A stretch of DNA of 64,000 nucleotides from Macrostomum lignano (taxonomy: Eukaryota), in the NCBI GenBank assembly GCA_002269645.1, contig NIVC01000795.1, positions 186,001 through 250,000 of the forward strand. Direction: 5' to 3'. The notes under the pieces were generated by a model. The model was not told the DNA's origin. It ran no database searches and saw nothing but the letters and a program-made list of their open reading frames with translations. Positions 60,197 through 64,000 of the stretch are shown here, piece by piece (position 1 is the stretch's first letter; each line of letters begins with the position of its first letter). The translations under genes were made by a program, and so were the position numbers.

Positions 60197-63100
60197 ATGC
60201 TGAAGCTGGCCGCCAAGAGATCAGCTGACTCAGCCTCTCTGTCGGATGATGCGGCCGCTTTGCCCAGTGTCAAGTACTGCCTGTGGAAAAAGGTAACTTT
60301 GCTGGGAAGCCACCAAATGCTGCAGTTTTCTTGGAAACTGGACAGATTGAATAAGACTTTGCCTCTAAATATTGCCAAATATTTATCCCGAGTCTTCGAG
60401 TGCTCAGTCTAAAGCGAGTGCTCAGTCTAAAGCGAGTGCTCAGTCTAAAGCGAGTGCTCAGTCTAAAGCGAGTGCTCAGTCTAAACTGAGTGCTCAGTCT
60501 AAAGCGAGTGCTCAGTCTAAACTGAGTGCTCAGTCTAAAGCGAGTGCTCAGTCTAAAGCGAGTGCTCAGTCTAAACTGAGTGCTCAGTCTAAAGCGAGTG
60601 CTCAGTCTAAAGCGAGTGCTCAGTCTAAACTGAGTGCTCAGTCTAAAGCGAGTGCTCAGTCTAAAGCGAGTGCTCAGTCTAACCTGAGTGCTCAGTTTAA
60701 AGCGAGTATATTTATTTGAACTCGGTGCTAAGTGCTCATTCTAAACAAGCGCCCAGTTTGGTCTCGGTGTTGCCAACAGTTCTAGAAAAAATGGCTGACT
60801 TTCAATTCCGACCTTCACAGCATGCCCGAAGCCAGGCATTCAGGAATTCAAGTAAAAGCTTTGGGCGAGCAGTCGAGCAAAGAAAAGAAGTTGTTTTCTC
60901 CGAAATGTGGCGCCTTGGCCAACTTCAAATGCGCAGTTTGAAAGCACTTAACATGGCATCACCCTGCAGGATTTATGCATTTCTTTTCTGGGGCGTCGGC
61001 CAAACGGTACAAATTTGGACTAAAATGGCACACAAGTTGGTTAATACACGGCCTGCTAAGTCACTTCTACGTGACCTAAATGTAGTTCTGCATACCCGAG
61101 CACTAAGAGATGGACCGCCCCCCCCGACTCACCTGATGCTCACCTGAAAGACAGCGCGGTGGTCTCGCAGTGCCATTACAGAGCAATGCGGTATTGAAGG
61201 CAAACACACTTGCAGGTCTGTGTGACGGCGTCCCCATTATTTCCATAAATTTTGCTGGGAGAGAAAACAGAGCAAAAAAAAGAAGAGAACAAAAAAACCC
61301 ACCGCCGCCGGCCTCGCCAATAAAGAAAAACTTTCTTTAGGCGCAATTCGCCTTAGAGATATAAATTGGTCGCTTACCCGATGAGGTAGGGCTGGCTGTT
61401 CTGAGCAGACAGAGCTGAGATTTCCTCCCGAAGTCAAATTTGAAATGAGACAGAGATGGTCCTGGTAAGGCTGGCTTATTGAGTCGGTTTCGTTGCTGCT
61501 TTTTTGCTGCAACTAATTTGGGCAATCATCGCATCCACACACAGGGAACTCAGTTCACTTACGACATACCGGATGGTCTTATCGAGGGCGACTGCGTGGA
61601 GATTAAAGGAATTCTGTCGGGTCACAGGTGAGTCTCGGCCGAAGGTATTCCATATTCACGGACACGCAGACTGTTGATCAGCTTAGCTAAACCATGCGAT
61701 GCCCCTCCCAGACTGCTGATCAGCTTAGCTAAACCATGCGATGCCCCTCCCAGACTGCTGATCAGCTTAGCTAAACCATGCGATGCCCCTCCCAGACTGT
61801 TGATCAGCATAGCTAAACCATGCGATGCCCCTCCCAGAATGCTGATCAGCATAGCTAAACCATGCAATGCCCCTCCCAGACTGCTGATCAGCTTAGCTAA
61901 ACTATGCGATGCCCCTCCCAGACTGCTGATCAGCTTAGCTTAACTATGCGATGCCCCTCCCAGACTGCTGATCAGCTTAGCTTAACCATGCGATGCTCGG
62001 CCCCTCCCCACAGAGTGGTGCTCGAGCTCGCCAGCAGGCAGCAGACCGGCGGCCGGGCGCAGATCCCTCTGCGGATCAGCATCAACCGGGGCGGACACTT
62101 TGAGCTCCTGTGTCAGCCGGAGCCCGGCGCCAGAGACCGATTCAAAACCGGCAAGAGTAAAGGCGAATTCCGCACCGGCTCCTCGTTCACCGTGCAAATT
62201 CTGGTGGAGAATGAGCGCTATGAGGTGCGTCTATAATGATACAAATGCTTATAGAATGGTAAAATTTGTATTTCACAATTTTTACATAAAATAAAGTAAC
62301 TTAGTACAAGTAGTACTTAAGTACAAGTAGTCATATTCCAAGCTAGTCTAGTCTAACAACAGTACAGTCTAGTCTAGTCTAGTCTAGTCTAACAATAGTC
62401 AAATCTAGTCTAGTCTAACAACAGTACAATCTAGTCTAGTCTAACAACAGTACAATCTAGTCTATTCTAGCAATAGTACAATCTAGTCTAGTCTAACAAC
62501 AGTACAATCTAGTTTATTCTAGCAATAGTCAAATCTAGTCTAGTCTAACAACAGTACAATCTAGTCTAGTCTAACAACAGTACAATCTAGTCTATTCTAG
62601 CAATAGTACAATCTAGTCTAGTCTAACAACAGTACAATCTAGTCTATTCTAGCAATAGTACAATCTAGTCTAGTCTAACAACAGTACAATCTAGTCTAGT
62701 CTAGCAATAGTCAAATCTAGTCTAGTCTAACAACAGTACAATCTAGTCTAGTCTAACAACAGTACAATCTAGTCTAGTCTAGCAATAGTCAAATCTAGTC
62801 TAGTCTAACAACAGTACAATCTAGTCTATTCTAGCAATAGTACAATCTAGTCTAGTCTAACAACAGTACAATCTAGTCTAGTCTAACAACAGTACAATCT
62901 AGTCTAGTCTAGCAATAGTCAAATCTAGTCTAGTCTGACAACAGTACAATCTAGTCTAGTCTAACAACAGTACAATCTAGTCTAGTCTAACAACAATACA
63001 ATCTAGTCTAGTCTAACAAAAGTACAATCTAGTCTACTCTAACAACAGTACAATCTAGTCTAGTCTAGCAATAGTACAATAGATAAAAGACGCGTGTGCA

Positions 63101-64000
63101 AGAAAATTGCTCGGGGAACACTAAATTCGACAGGTCCGGCTAAACGATGAAGTCCTGTCAACAATCGAGCACGGGAGCCTGCACAGCATGATTCACATGC
63201 TAATGTTAGACGGAGAAGCGGAATTCACTTCCGTCGAGTTTCTCGATATCGAAGACATCGACGCATCATCGGAGTCGGAGCAGGAAGAGATCGGAATTAA
63301 TCAGGTGCTCACTGAGCCTTTAGACACCCACGAAGAAGTCGAAGCAGGTAAGTGCGATAACAAAATTTCTGCATGAATGCACTCGACTGACAATGCTTCA
63401 TGAATAGCGATTCTCTAAGTTATATGCACTCCGATTAGACGCATGAAGTACATAAAAGCACAAACAGCATGCAATCGTGCACACCTAATGACAAAAAATT
63501 TCCAGATTTCATCCTACCCAAAAAAGTGAAGGAACAAGAATCAGGGGTGCAATTCCCTTGGTCAAAAAAGAACGAGCCGAAACCTAACAAAACACTAAAT
63601 ATAAATGTGAAGAAGCCTGACCTCGACATTGATGTAAAGGCGCCAGATGTAGACGTGGACATTGACACTGACGTAAAGCTCAAGAAGCCGGACGTAGACA
63701 TCGACGTGAAGGGTCCGAAAGTAAAGGGACCTCACTTCAAGATGCCGAGCTTCGGACTCAAAGGACCCAAAGTCAAGGGACCAGACGTCGACATTGACGT
63801 CGATGCTCCAGACGTAGACGTCGACGTGGACGTGAAGAAGCCTGACCTCGACATTGATATAAAGGCGCCAGATGTAGACGTGGACATTGACACTGACGTA
63901 AAGCTCAAGAAGCCGGACGTAGACATCGACGTGAAGGGTCCAAAAGTAAAAGGACCTCACTTCAAGATGCCGAGCTTCGGACTCAAAGGACCCAAAGTCA
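60197..64000 (+). CDS. Galectin-fold domain fused to AHNAK/periaxin-like repeats (3'-incomplete)
   Basis: Exons 60197-60292, 61545-61627, 62014-62224, 63134-63347 and 63506-64000+, with consistent phases 0, 2, 0, 1 at GT..AG. The spliced product reads ...GTQFTYDIPDGLIEGDCVEIKGILSGHR|VVLELAS...QIPLRISINRG...GEFRTGSSFTVQILVENERYE|VRLNDEVLSTIEHGSLHSMIHMLMLDGEAEFTSVEF..., then 75-aa repeats KKPDLDIDVKAPDVDVDIDTDVKLKKPDVDIDVKGPKVKGPHFKMPSFGLKGPKVKGPDVDIDVDAPDVDVDVDV. Confidence 0.75.
60412..60705. repeat. 18-bp minisatellite (gctcagtctaaagcgagt), about 16 copies, intronic
   Basis: Read directly. Confidence 0.95.
61665..61995. repeat. 42-bp minisatellite (atcagcttagctaaaccatgcgatgcccctcccagactgctg), about 8 copies, intronic
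   Basis: Read directly. Confidence 0.95.
62340..63082. repeat. 26-bp TCTAG-rich satellite (atctagtctagtctaacaacagtaca), about 28 copies, intronic
   Basis: Period measured from 62403 to 62429. Confidence 0.95.

Overview
Eukaryotic (animal) genomic DNA with spliceosomal introns, GC-rich CAG-rich exons and AT-rich, repeat-laden introns. The exon style and SINE families suggest the flatworm Macrostomum, but this is inference only. Host genes, left to right: the last exon of a death-domain protein (+); an intronless multipass membrane protein (+); a six-exon SEC16 with a very long Gln/Pro repeat tail (+); a p160/NCoA-Taiman-like PAS-PAS coactivator with three LxxLL boxes (-); a divergent ankyrin-repeat TRP channel split by a frameshift, plus a downstream internally deleted paralog (+); an orphan low-complexity basic protein (-); and a gene, running off the window, that splices a degenerate galectin-fold domain onto AHNAK-like 75-aa repeats (+). 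Mobile DNA: an intact Ty3/Gypsy element with apparently identical 561-bp LTRs, a -1 frameshift signal and an extra non-env ORF3; two 5'-truncated RTE-like LINE fragments; a decayed DD34D mariner; a Polinton/Maverick remnant; several MITE families; two tRNA-derived SINE families; and about a dozen unrelated tandem arrays. The most novel-looking items are the galectin-AHNAK fusion gene and the Gypsy ORF3. All gene models and protein similarities were derived by eye, with no database search.
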